This document shows positions 17,927 through 27,407 of a stretch of DNA of 64,000 bases, one piece after another. This stretch comes from Pseudomonadota bacterium. GTDB lineage: Bacteria > Desulfobacterota > Desulfobacteria > Desulfobacterales > JBDRRP01. The translations under genes and the position numbers were made by a program. The first letter of the stretch is position 1. Every line of letters starts with the position of its first letter. The notes beneath the pieces were generated by a model. The model searched no databases. It was given only the letters and a program-made list of their open reading frames with translations, and was not told the DNA's origin. The stretch covers positions 1 through 64,000 of the forward strand of contig JBDRRP010000062.1 in assembly GCA_043825735.1 (NCBI GenBank), in the 5' to 3' direction.

Positions 17927-18811
17927 TTGGAATTCGCCGAATACGCACCCTATTTGGGGGACAAAACCGACTGTCATTTCTGCGGCGAACGAACGCGGCT
18001 GTCCCATTGGGGTGACCGGGGGATCTTCCGCCTCGAACGATGCGAGCAGTGTGGCCTCGTGTTCATCAATCCCCGGCTGAACGCCACCGGTCTGGGCCGG
18101 TTTTACGCCACCTATTTCGCCAACCGGTCCGAGGATCGGGAGATGAGCCGAAAACGGGAGGAGATGTACCGGTTGGAGTCCGCATTTCTTCTCGATCATG
18201 TCCAATGGCACCGACGCATGCTCGACATCGGCTGCGGCGGCGGCCATTTTCTCGCCGCCTTTCCCGACCGGTTTCTGAAAATCGCCACCGAAATCGATTC
18301 AGTGGCAGCGGCCTACGCGTCCCGCCACTACGGCTTCAAATGCTATGTCGGTGACTTTCAGGACCTCGAGATCGAAGAGGCCCCTCTGGATGTCATCATG
18401 CTCCGGGGGGTGATCGAGCACTTCACCAACCCGGGGACGGTGCTGGAAAAAGCGGCGGCCCTGCTGGCCCCCGGCGGTTTCTTGTTCATCTCATCGACGC
18501 CGAATCTCGACAGCGTCTGCGCGGAGGTTTTCCGCGGCATGTGGAACATGGTCGGGCCGGATCATCTATACTACTTCAACGAGCGGCTCCTCACGCACTG
18601 CTTGTCTAAGAGCGGACTCACGCTGGTCGACCGACATCATTTTTATGAAGAGACCCCTTATGCTGATCTTGCCGATGACTATTTGAGGATAGAGGAAGCC
18701 ATCCGTGAAATGCGCAACGGCGGGTCACCGACACGCGTCTCTCCCCCATTCTGGGGCAACATGTTGACACTGTTGTATCGGAAATCGAAACGGCCATCGG
18801 ATTCCTTATGA
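17927..18811 (+). CDS. Class I SAM-dependent methyltransferase with N-terminal zinc ribbon
   Basis: CHFCG..RCEQCGLVFINPR, LDIGCGGG, GVIEHF, STPN; TTG start after AAGGAG. Confidence 0.85.
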   Translation: MEFAEYAPYLGDKTDCHFCGERTRLSHWGDRGIFRLERCEQCGLVFINPRLNATGLGRFYATYFANRSEDREMSRKREEMYRLESAFLLDHVQWHRRMLDIGCGGGHFLAAFPDRFLKIATEIDSVAAAYASRHYGFKCYVGDFQDLEIEEAPLDVIMLRGVIEHFTNPGTVLEKAAALLAPGGFLFISSTPNLDSVCAEVFRGMWNMVGPDHLYYFNERLLTHCLSKSGLTLVDRHHFYEETPYADLADDYLRIEEAIREMRNGGSPTRVSPPFWGNMLTLLYRKSKRPSDSL

Positions 18812-20217
18812 AAAAATTGTCCCCAACCCAATCCTTTCTGCTGCCGGAGACAGCCACCGTCAAAGCGGCCGATGCATGCATCCGGGGAAACGCCCCTGCC
18901 ATCGTCTTTGTCACCGAAGCGGACGGACGCGTCATCGGGTCTGTGACCGACGGTGACATCTGCCGTTTTGCCGACGCCGGGGGCAGGCTTGACGAGAACA
19001 TTCGAAAATGCATGTGCAGCACACCGGTGACGGTACAAAACGACAGCAGCCGGCGGGATGTCCTTCGCCTGTTCGATCAGAAAATCCTTGCCATACCGGA
19101 AGTCGACAAAGCAGGACGGCTCCAGTCGGTGATCACATCGGATAACTATGGTTTCCCGCGCCACCGCCGTGTGATGGCCCGGGCGAAAGCACCGGTTCGG
19201 ATCAGTTTTGCCGGCGGTGGCACCGACCTGACCCATTATTTTAAAGAAAACACAGGATCGGTGCTCAGCACCACCATCCAGTTGTACGGCCACGCGACGC
19301 TCACCAAGCGCCCCGACCGCCGGATCGTGTTGTATTCTGGCGATTTTGACATCAGGGAAGATTTCGAAAGTATCGATCAAATTCTCGCGGCAGCGCTCAG
19401 CGGCCGGCTCGGCCTCCTCAAGGCGATCATCAAGCTGCTGCGGCCGGCTTTCGGATTCGAACTGATCACCTACAGCGACGTGCCACCCGGTTCGGGTCTC
19501 GGTGGATCGGCGGCCATCGCCGCGGCGGTCATCGGCTGCTTCAACGAATTTCGCGAAGACGCCCTGAGCGCCTATGAGATCGCAGAACTCGCCTTTCAGG
19601 CCGAACGCATCGAGCTTGGGGTGCAGGGGGGATGGCAGGACCAGTATGCCAGTGTCTTCGGCGGGTTCAATTACATTGAGTTCACGGACCACGAAACCCT
19701 CGTTCACCCCCTACGCATCAACCCTGCCACCTGGAACGAACTGGAGTCCAATCTGCTGATCTGTTTCACTGGCAGAAGCCGGGACTCCGGCCGGATCCAT
19801 GCCGACCAGAAAAAAACCTTCGAAACGGACCGATCGATGAGCGCAGTCATGGATCAGACCAAAGACATCACCCAGGGCATCAAGAAGGCCCTGCTGCACG
19901 GCGACCTCGACGTTTTTGCCAACCTGCTGGAAACCGGATGGCTGCTCAAGTGCCGGTATGCGCCCTCCATCTGTGATTCGGGACTCGCTGATATCTACCA
20001 AAAGGCCAAGGACGGCGGTGCCGTTTCAGGCAAACTCATGGGGGCCGGCGGGGGCGGCTTCTTTCTTTTTTATGTCACGCCCTTCAACCGGGTGCGCCTT
20101 CGGCAGGTACTGGCTGAAAACGGGCTACGTACCGAGACGGTTGCCTTCGACAAGGCGGGTCTCCGCTCTTGGGTCGTACGATGCCACACCGCCCCCGAAA
20201 TACACGTCAAGAATTAA
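18808..20217 (+). CDS. hddA: CBS-pair plus GHMP kinase fusion, HddA-like heptose-7-phosphate kinase
   Basis: N-terminal CBS (GSVTDGDICR); APVRISFAGGGTD, SDVPPGSGLGGS, GGWQDQYASVFGGFN, GKLMGAGGGGF. Confidence 0.8.
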   Translation: MKKLSPTQSFLLPETATVKAADACIRGNAPAIVFVTEADGRVIGSVTDGDICRFADAGGRLDENIRKCMCSTPVTVQNDSSRRDVLRLFDQKILAIPEVDKAGRLQSVITSDNYGFPRHRRVMARAKAPVRISFAGGGTDLTHYFKENTGSVLSTTIQLYGHATLTKRPDRRIVLYSGDFDIREDFESIDQILAAALSGRLGLLKAIIKLLRPAFGFELITYSDVPPGSGLGGSAAIAAAVIGCFNEFREDALSAYEIAELAFQAERIELGVQGGWQDQYASVFGGFNYIEFTDHETLVHPLRINPATWNELESNLLICFTGRSRDSGRIHADQKKTFETDRSMSAVMDQTKDITQGIKKALLHGDLDVFANLLETGWLLKCRYAPSICDSGLADIYQKAKDGGAVSGKLMGAGGGGFFLFYVTPFNRVRLRQVLAENGLRTETVAFDKAGLRSWVVRCHTAPEIHVKN

Positions 20218-20297
20218 CCCAGCGATTTTCCCTGACCTTCAATAGACGGGCAAGGCACGACTCCGGCGCCTTGCCCCACTGCAACGGTAGACACACC

Positions 20298-21752
20298 ATG
20301 GCGAAAATTTTACTCCTGAACCCGACCTACCGCGGCCGCGCCGACCAAAAGAGCATACCCCATGGGCTGCTGGCGGTTGGTTCCGTGCTCAGAAACAACG
20401 GTCACCAGATACGTTTGATCGATTTTCACCTGGAAGGCGACTCGCCCGAAACGGCCTTCAAAAAGATTGCAGCGACGTCTTTCGATATCGTCGGCATCAG
20501 CGGCATATCGACGTCCTATTACTTCTGGAAAGCATTCGTCAGAATCTTTCGCGAACGCTTGGGCCGGACGATCCCCATCATGGCTGGCGGATCGGTTGCC
20601 GCCACCATGCCGGTAACATTTCTCGACAATGTTCCGGTAGATGCCGTTTGCACCGGAGACGGCGAGCCGACGGTCAACGCGCTGGTCGATGCACTGCTGC
20701 AGGGAACACCATTGGATACGGTCCAGGGCATCGCATTTAAACGGGACGCGGAGGTCATTGTCAGACCCGGTTTGCACGTGGTCGATATGGATGCGGAAGT
20801 GCCACTGCCCGCTTATGATCTCATCGACATGCCCCGGTATCGATGGAAAAGCTGGGACCAGGACAAAGAGATACTTGAAATCGTAATGTTTTCCAGTCGG
20901 GGATGCCCGTATGCCTGTTTCTTTTGCTCCAGAAATTTCGGCCGGCGTTTCACTCAGCACACCGTAGGATCGGTCATCGCGCATATCAGGCACGTCGTCT
21001 CACGCTTCAGGCCCGAGCGCCTCTGTTTTTCAGACGAGCTTTTCACCTTCGATCGCAAATGGGTCCTCGATTTTCTGTCTCAGTTCAAGGCGCTGGACCT
21101 GGGCGTCCCCTTTCGCATCAATTCCAGGGTAAATACCGTGGATCGGGAGATCCTACAGGCGCTGAAAGACGCCAACTGCTCCGATATCGGTTTCGGCATT
21201 GAAAGCGGTAGCGATGTGATTCTCAAGGAGATGAACAAAAAGGTTTCCGCCGCCCAAAACCTCGCGGCGCTGAAAACCTCGAAGGCGGTCGGCCTCAACG
21301 CCACCAGTACCATCGTTCTGGGGATGCCGTCAGAGACCGATCAGACCATTGACGAAACCAGACGTTTTCTCATTGAAGCCGACACGAGAATCTTCGGCTG
21401 TTTCTTCGCGACGGCCTACCCGGGATCCGATCTGTTCGATTATGCCATCGCCAAGGGCTACATCCAGGACGTCGACAGCTACATGCAGCACGTCGACAAT
21501 GCCGACAACCTAGTGGTGAACTATACCCGATTCACCGATGAGGAATTGAAGTCGAAGATGATATGGCTCAAACGTGATGTGGCCTATGCCTGGCATCGAA
21601 AACGAGGGTGGGCGTCGGTCATCCGGTATCGGCTCAGGCCATTGTTCACAGCGGCAGCCATCCTCCGGAACGACGGCCCCTGGGTACTGGCCAGCGAAAT
21701 CAAGGCCTACTTAAACCGGCTGCGCTACCATTTCGGGAAGGCAGGCGCCTGA
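20298..21752 (+). CDS. B12-binding radical SAM protein
   Basis: ILLLNP..PHGLLAVGSVL, GDGE, SSRGCPYACFFC, SDELF, GIESGS, AYPGSDLF; ATG 20298. Confidence 0.9.
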   Translation: MAKILLLNPTYRGRADQKSIPHGLLAVGSVLRNNGHQIRLIDFHLEGDSPETAFKKIAATSFDIVGISGISTSYYFWKAFVRIFRERLGRTIPIMAGGSVAATMPVTFLDNVPVDAVCTGDGEPTVNALVDALLQGTPLDTVQGIAFKRDAEVIVRPGLHVVDMDAEVPLPAYDLIDMPRYRWKSWDQDKEILEIVMFSSRGCPYACFFCSRNFGRRFTQHTVGSVIAHIRHVVSRFRPERLCFSDELFTFDRKWVLDFLSQFKALDLGVPFRINSRVNTVDREILQALKDANCSDIGFGIESGSDVILKEMNKKVSAAQNLAALKTSKAVGLNATSTIVLGMPSETDQTIDETRRFLIEADTRIFGCFFATAYPGSDLFDYAIAKGYIQDVDSYMQHVDNADNLVVNYTRFTDEELKSKMIWLKRDVAYAWHRKRGWASVIRYRLRPLFTAAAILRNDGPWVLASEIKAYLNRLRYHFGKAGA

Positions 21753-23627
21753 ATGCCCCCGACCGATGTGCCCAGCCGAGGACCCGTCGCGTTCATCATC
21801 CTGGACGACGACGATCAGGCGTTTTTCGATTCCTGGTGGCAGGGCGACCATGCGCGGACGCGCCGGATTCCACTGTCCTATAACGCCATACTGCAGGCGG
21901 TCTTCGAGGAAGAGCGGACGGGTTCAGCTGATGACGATGAAATGCGCACGATGTCACTGGATACCAAGACAATCTACGGACTGGCCCATGAATACCTGGC
22001 CCGGATATTCGCATCGCACCCGCTGTTTCCCGACGCCACCATCGCAGAGGCCGGTTTCCCCCTGCTCTACTACTGGTATTGCCTGTTCACGGCCATTTTC
22101 CGATTGATCCACACCCTCCGACAAGGGATCGAACAGCGTCCCGGAGATGAAGTGTTCCTCGTCAAACGGAGAAAAACCGTTGTCGTCGGCGGGTTGAGGA
22201 TCGACCAGTACGCGGTGGCCTGCCTTCTTGAAGCGTATGGTCGGTCCAAAGGATGGCGGGTCCGAACCATTCAGCATGACCCGCCAGGAAGCAAGGGCAC
22301 TACGGTCTACTACTACGGGAAAAAGGGCCTGCGCACCTTCCTGAAGCGGGCCATTTACTTTATCAAATGGAAATACCGTTCCCGGAGCCTCAAAGAATAC
22401 CGATATATTCTGATCAACCCTTCCCATGACAATGTCATCCACTACCGCAGCCCCTACCTGAGAGACGGCCACGGGATGCCACAAGTGTATTTCGACGATG
22501 CCGTTCCGTTCTTCCATGACCTCAGGAGCATCATCCGGTTCTACTTAAACTACGGGTGTGCTTCTCGCTGGAAGATAAAGACGGATTTCACCCCGGTGCC
22601 GTATCCAATAACCATCGATGGGTTTTCATTCGACCTGTCGACGGCTTTCATCAACACGACAAGGACCTACCTTTCGGAGGTCGCCGCCAGATCGGCATGG
22701 GTGGGCCATTGGTGGTCGTGCCTGCCGAAGCATACACCCATCAAGGCGATCGTTTTCAGTCTCTCGCCGGTGTTTCTCGATTCCTACTGCCTGATCGACA
22801 CCATCAAAAAAAACGGCGGCAAAGTGATCACCTGGCAACACGGCGGATTTTTTGGCTATGCGGACCATCCAATTTATCGGATCACCGATTATGGGCCGAG
22901 CGACATTTTCCTGACCTACGGCCAAGGACATCCCCTCACCGATGCCTGGCGTTGTTACGACGGCGGCTGCAAACGCGTACCTGTGGGCACTAACAACCTG
23001 TATCCGCGAAATGGACACCGCTCAAAGTCGGGCAGCTGTCGCGCGGCAGCATCGGAAGGTGTGTACATACCTTCCGTTATCGGAACGGTTTACACCCAAA
23101 GCCGGCCCGATTGGGACCCGGTCCGGCAGTTTTCAAATACCCGACGGCTCATCGATCTTTTCGCCACGGGCGATTTTGGCAGAATAGTGGTCAAAGGACT
23201 GTCCGGGCACCCTCCCCACCGGGCCATCGCCGCATACATCAGAAAGAAATCGATAGCGAACATCTCCTATGATGAAGTGGAAATTGGCGGGATCTATGAA
23301 AAACTGCCGCGATTCGTCCTTTTTGACGCCCCATCGACCCCACTGCTTGAGACCATGTCCCGGTTTGACGGCCCCATTTTTTTGCTTAATTGCCAGCCCT
23401 CGTGGAAGATTCATCCTGCAGCCCTGGACAGCCTGAAAAAACGGGTTTTCTACGCCGAGACGGTCGCGGCGTTCACTTCTCAATTCAAGAAGTTCGAGGC
23501 TTCAGGGGAAACGATCGGCCGCCATCCTGCGGATGATGAGTTTCTTCGTCGATATGCGGCCCCCTTCTGCCTTGACCGGTACAACGCGATTATCTCCCAG
23601 GTGACTCGCCGCCATGCCCACCATTGA
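21753..23627 (+). CDS. Hypothetical surface-carbohydrate protein, possible GT-B-type transferase
   Basis: 624 aa soluble ORF coupled to its neighbours; KVITWQHGGFFGY, FLTYG, VPVG, STPLLE motifs. Confidence 0.55.
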   Translation: MPPTDVPSRGPVAFIILDDDDQAFFDSWWQGDHARTRRIPLSYNAILQAVFEEERTGSADDDEMRTMSLDTKTIYGLAHEYLARIFASHPLFPDATIAEAGFPLLYYWYCLFTAIFRLIHTLRQGIEQRPGDEVFLVKRRKTVVVGGLRIDQYAVACLLEAYGRSKGWRVRTIQHDPPGSKGTTVYYYGKKGLRTFLKRAIYFIKWKYRSRSLKEYRYILINPSHDNVIHYRSPYLRDGHGMPQVYFDDAVPFFHDLRSIIRFYLNYGCASRWKIKTDFTPVPYPITIDGFSFDLSTAFINTTRTYLSEVAARSAWVGHWWSCLPKHTPIKAIVFSLSPVFLDSYCLIDTIKKNGGKVITWQHGGFFGYADHPIYRITDYGPSDIFLTYGQGHPLTDAWRCYDGGCKRVPVGTNNLYPRNGHRSKSGSCRAAASEGVYIPSVIGTVYTQSRPDWDPVRQFSNTRRLIDLFATGDFGRIVVKGLSGHPPHRAIAAYIRKKSIANISYDEVEIGGIYEKLPRFVLFDAPSTPLLETMSRFDGPIFLLNCQPSWKIHPAALDSLKKRVFYAETVAAFTSQFKKFEASGETIGRHPADDEFLRRYAAPFCLDRYNAIISQVTRRHAHH

Positions 23628-25119
23628 GCGGCTAAGCCGCAATCTTCAGTTTTCGTTTTACTTAAAGGCGGCCAGCACATTGAGCCATCTTTTTCTGCTG
23701 CCCTTTATTTTGCACCGGGTGGATGCGTCGCTGTACGGTGTCAATGCATTGTTGATCTCCATCGTCAGCTATTTCTACTATCTGGATTTCGGTTTCAACA
23801 CCGGTCTGAGTCGATACACGGCTAAATTCAGCGGTGAAAACAAAGAAGAAGATCTGGTCAATCTGTTCAACCTGGGGATCCGGATCTTCTTTGTCATCGC
23901 CATCGTGGCCATTGTCAGCTTGATCGGGATCGCCCCTTTCTTCCCTCATATTTTTGACATCCACGGCGACCTAGCCCAAGACAGCCGGCGTTTGATCTAT
24001 GTCTACGCCGCGTCCTCCTTTTTCCTGCTCCTCGGCGTTGTCTTCAAATGCGTACTGAACGGTATCCAGCGAGAAGATGTCATCCACAAGATCGACTTGG
24101 TTCTGGTGCTGGTCAACATTCCCCTTGCCATTTTCATATTGACCCGGTTTCGATCCTACCTGATTTACATCACGGTCTTTCAGGGCTTTACCATTCTGGC
24201 ATCCGGCGCTGCCATCTACACCGTTTTCCGAATTCTTCCGTTTCTAAAAATCCATTTCCGGTCGATTCCAAAGGCCTTCTACAGAGACATCATGTCGTTC
24301 AGCGGCTATTATTTTCTCGCCGGCATCTGCGGACTCATCATCTTTCAAATCGACAATTTCGTGATTGGTGCGTTTCTCAGTGTCTCCACCATCACCGCCT
24401 ATTCAATAGCCTTTGTGATCCATCAGCAAATACGCAGTCTCAACGGAATGCTGGCCAACCCGATCTATTATATCCTCACCAGCCGTTTCGCCACCCACAG
24501 CAAAGAGGACGTCGACGGCATCATCATGGACACGGCACGGATGCACATCGGTATCCTCATTCCCATACTCGTCATCGTTTTCGTCAACACGGATATGTTC
24601 ATCATCGCATGGGTCGGTGAAGCGTTCACCCACGCCATCACTCCGGCAAGAATCCTGATCAGTTATTTTTTTGTCAACATCGTCACCGCCGTTCTGACGG
24701 AGGCGGTGGTCGGCGGCCAAGGCAAGGTGAAGGAGATCCTACGGATCAACGGCTTCGTCGCTTTTTGCAATTTAGTGCTCAGTCTGGCCCTCGTTAAACC
24801 GATGGGGTTGAACGGTGTGGCCCTCGGGACCGCCGCGCCGTGGATTGTCGCCGGGGTGTTTTACCTGAAATTGTTCTGCAACCACTTGGCGATACCCCTG
24901 GCCGAGTTCTATAAAAAAGCCATTAGGCCCAATCTTCCCCATATCGGCGTATCAGTGGCACTGGCCATCGTCATCCGGGGCATCATGAACGCCCCCGGCC
25001 TGTTCGAAGTGCTCGGTTGCATGGGGCTTGCCTACATGTTGACAATGGGATTCGCGTTCATTCTGCTGGAAGCCGACAAGAAATCACTCGTACTGGAAAT
25101 CATCCGAATCCGACTGTGA
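23614..25119 (+). CDS. wzx: Wzx/MOP-family oligosaccharide flippase
   Basis: Highly hydrophobic throughout; YG..ALL, LDFGFNTGLSRY, IDNFVIGAFLS..AYS, NLVLSLALVKPMGLNGVALGT. Confidence 0.85.
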   Translation: MPTIERLSRNLQFSFYLKAASTLSHLFLLPFILHRVDASLYGVNALLISIVSYFYYLDFGFNTGLSRYTAKFSGENKEEDLVNLFNLGIRIFFVIAIVAIVSLIGIAPFFPHIFDIHGDLAQDSRRLIYVYAASSFFLLLGVVFKCVLNGIQREDVIHKIDLVLVLVNIPLAIFILTRFRSYLIYITVFQGFTILASGAAIYTVFRILPFLKIHFRSIPKAFYRDIMSFSGYYFLAGICGLIIFQIDNFVIGAFLSVSTITAYSIAFVIHQQIRSLNGMLANPIYYILTSRFATHSKEDVDGIIMDTARMHIGILIPILVIVFVNTDMFIIAWVGEAFTHAITPARILISYFFVNIVTAVLTEAVVGGQGKVKEILRINGFVAFCNLVLSLALVKPMGLNGVALGTAAPWIVAGVFYLKLFCNHLAIPLAEFYKKAIRPNLPHIGVSVALAIVIRGIMNAPGLFEVLGCMGLAYMLTMGFAFILLEADKKSLVLEIIRIRL

Positions 25120-25175
25120 TCCCCCGCATCGGACAAGACCGCACCGCTGCGGCAGCGCTATCAAACGACAGACAT

Positions 25176-27407
25176 ATGAACCCTCAATCACCATACATCG
25201 GCGGCGACATCCGTCTGCGGTGCGTCCGTTGCGCCTCAGTCGACCTGCGCCACGAGGGGCGGCAACTGCGATGCGCCGCCTGCTCGGCGCGCTACCCCGT
25301 AAACCGGGGAGTTCCCTGCTTCATGGACCCGTCACGGTACTGGGGCAACCTGCCGCGGGAGCAGATGGCCGACATCGTCGATCATGCCGAGCGCCACGGG
25401 TTCGAAGACGCCTGCCGCCACGTCATTCCCGAGTATGTCCAGGCCCATCTGAAGACCCCTGGAAGGGACGACGGTCGTTTTTTTCTGCCCATCGGTCCCA
25501 CGGCACGCGTGCTCGATCTGGGCTGCATGTGGGGCGCGCTTACCCTTTCCCTCGCACGCTACGCCGGTCAGGTGGTCGGCATCGATCAGACCCGGGAGGT
25601 CCTCGAACTGGCGGCGATACGAGGCCGCGACCAGAACCTGAACAATCTCATTTTTCTAGGGGGAGAGGCGACCCGTCTCCCCGTGGATGACAAGCAGTTT
25701 GACGTGGTGATCCTAAACGGGGTCCTCGAGTGGATCGGTCTTGAAGACCCTTATGTCTGTGAAATCCACTGGGGGAAAAAGCAGGCCATTACCGACAGCG
25801 CATCGCGCTCCCCACGGGAGCTGCAGGTCGCGTGTCTAAAAGAAGTTTTCAGGGTCCTCAAACCGGGGGGCACCCTCTACCTGGCCATCGAAAACCGCTA
25901 CAGCTTCATGTATTTCGCCGGACGACCGGACGACCACTCGGGCCTGCGCTTCAACAGCCTGATGCCCCGCGCCGTGGCGGACCGGTACAGCCGGATGCGC
26001 CTCGGCCAGCCCTACCGGGCATACACATACTCCCGCGCCGGGCTGGCCGCACTGCTCTCCGAAGCCGGATTGAGGCACGTGGGCACCCACACCGGCATGA
26101 ACTCATATGCAGAGCCGCTGGCGATCTTTCCACTCACGACCCCCATGCTCCGCTACTACTACGACAATCACTGGGTCGACCGCTTCCCCCCATTTCGTCA
26201 CCGGTTCTTCAGGCTGATCTACCTACTCCTGCTGGCCTCAGGCCTCGCGAGGATCACCCCCCATGCCTTTATTCTGACGGCACGGCGTCCCGGGACGACC
26301 GATGCCGATGCCGACCTCACCCTGGAGTCATTGCTCGGCAAACACTGGGAGATGCTCTACCCCGGCATGGCGAAACCCCGCTCACTGGGAATCATGAAAA
26401 TCGATGGTCGGCAGGAAGAAGCAGCTCCCGTTTCCTTTATCGTTTTCTCGAACGGGCGTCCATTCGCACCAATAGGATATGTAAAACTGGCACGAAACAC
26501 TTTGTGCAGGGCCAATTTGGCACGAGAGGCAAAGATTTATCGCGACATATCCATGCGCCAGGATACCGCCTTGCTGCCCCGGCAATTCTTCGCCGGTCAA
26601 AAGGGGCAGTACTATATCGTTACACGCCCCTTTGTCGGTGGGAAAAAATTTAAATTCCCGAACCGGGGGGACCGCCGGCTGGACGGTCGGAGGAGCCAAT
26701 CGTTGAACCGGTACCTGTCCAGTGCCGTCTCCTGGTTGTGCGCGCTGTTCGCGACATCCGATCCGCAAAGCATCTCCTTTGACCGCTTCTACGACGACTT
26801 TGTAATCAAACGCCTCGCCGCCTTTTCCGGCGTGTTTCCCACGGAGACCCTGCCCCCGGAGCTGCTGTCGGCCTACCGGCAGCGCCTGGCGCAGGTTGCC
26901 CCGGCCAGCATCCCTTTGGGCATGCTTCACGGGGATTTCAACTGCTACAATCTGTTGATGACCGGCAACCGTTTGCACGTTGTCGATTTTGAATACGGCG
27001 AAAGTCGGTCGTTTCCGGTGTTCGATTTTTTGAACCTCTGCCTGCAAACCATCATTGACATCACCCAACCGTCCCTGGCTCCGTTTCTGTCCGGTCCAGT
27101 CGACACCCCGCATTGCACCGCTCGCCCGTCAGCGAAGTTTTTTGGTCCCATCGTCGATTTTATCCGATCCGGCGAGGCTCATACGACTCGGCTGCTGTAT
27201 CCCCACCTGGCATCCTACTGCCGCAGCATGGGGTTGAAACCCGAATTCATCCTGCGCGCCGCACCGGTGTTCATCCTCGACCTATTGCACCGGGAGTACG
27301 GCGATCATGAATTTCATCTGCGGTCCCGGCCCCTTTTCCGCCATCTGGTGTCGGAAGTTTCCCGCGGCGATCGTCACCGTGCCGGCGAGGTCAATGATGC
27401 CCCTTGA
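25176..27407 (+). CDS. Trm112-like zinc ribbon + class I methyltransferase + APH/protein-kinase-like fusion
   Basis: RCVRC..RCAACSARYPVNRGVP; VLDLGCMWG, FDVVILNGVLEW, LKPGGTLYLAIENR; YVK, REAK, HGDFNCYNL, VVDFE; ATG 25176. Confidence 0.8.
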   Translation: MNPQSPYIGGDIRLRCVRCASVDLRHEGRQLRCAACSARYPVNRGVPCFMDPSRYWGNLPREQMADIVDHAERHGFEDACRHVIPEYVQAHLKTPGRDDGRFFLPIGPTARVLDLGCMWGALTLSLARYAGQVVGIDQTREVLELAAIRGRDQNLNNLIFLGGEATRLPVDDKQFDVVILNGVLEWIGLEDPYVCEIHWGKKQAITDSASRSPRELQVACLKEVFRVLKPGGTLYLAIENRYSFMYFAGRPDDHSGLRFNSLMPRAVADRYSRMRLGQPYRAYTYSRAGLAALLSEAGLRHVGTHTGMNSYAEPLAIFPLTTPMLRYYYDNHWVDRFPPFRHRFFRLIYLLLLASGLARITPHAFILTARRPGTTDADADLTLESLLGKHWEMLYPGMAKPRSLGIMKIDGRQEEAAPVSFIVFSNGRPFAPIGYVKLARNTLCRANLAREAKIYRDISMRQDTALLPRQFFAGQKGQYYIVTRPFVGGKKFKFPNRGDRRLDGRRSQSLNRYLSSAVSWLCALFATSDPQSISFDRFYDDFVIKRLAAFSGVFPTETLPPELLSAYRQRLAQVAPASIPLGMLHGDFNCYNLLMTGNRLHVVDFEYGESRSFPVFDFLNLCLQTIIDITQPSLAPFLSGPVDTPHCTARPSAKFFGPIVDFIRSGEAHTTRLLYPHLASYCRSMGLKPEFILRAAPVFILDLLHREYGDHEFHLRSRPLFRHLVSEVSRGDRHRAGEVNDAP

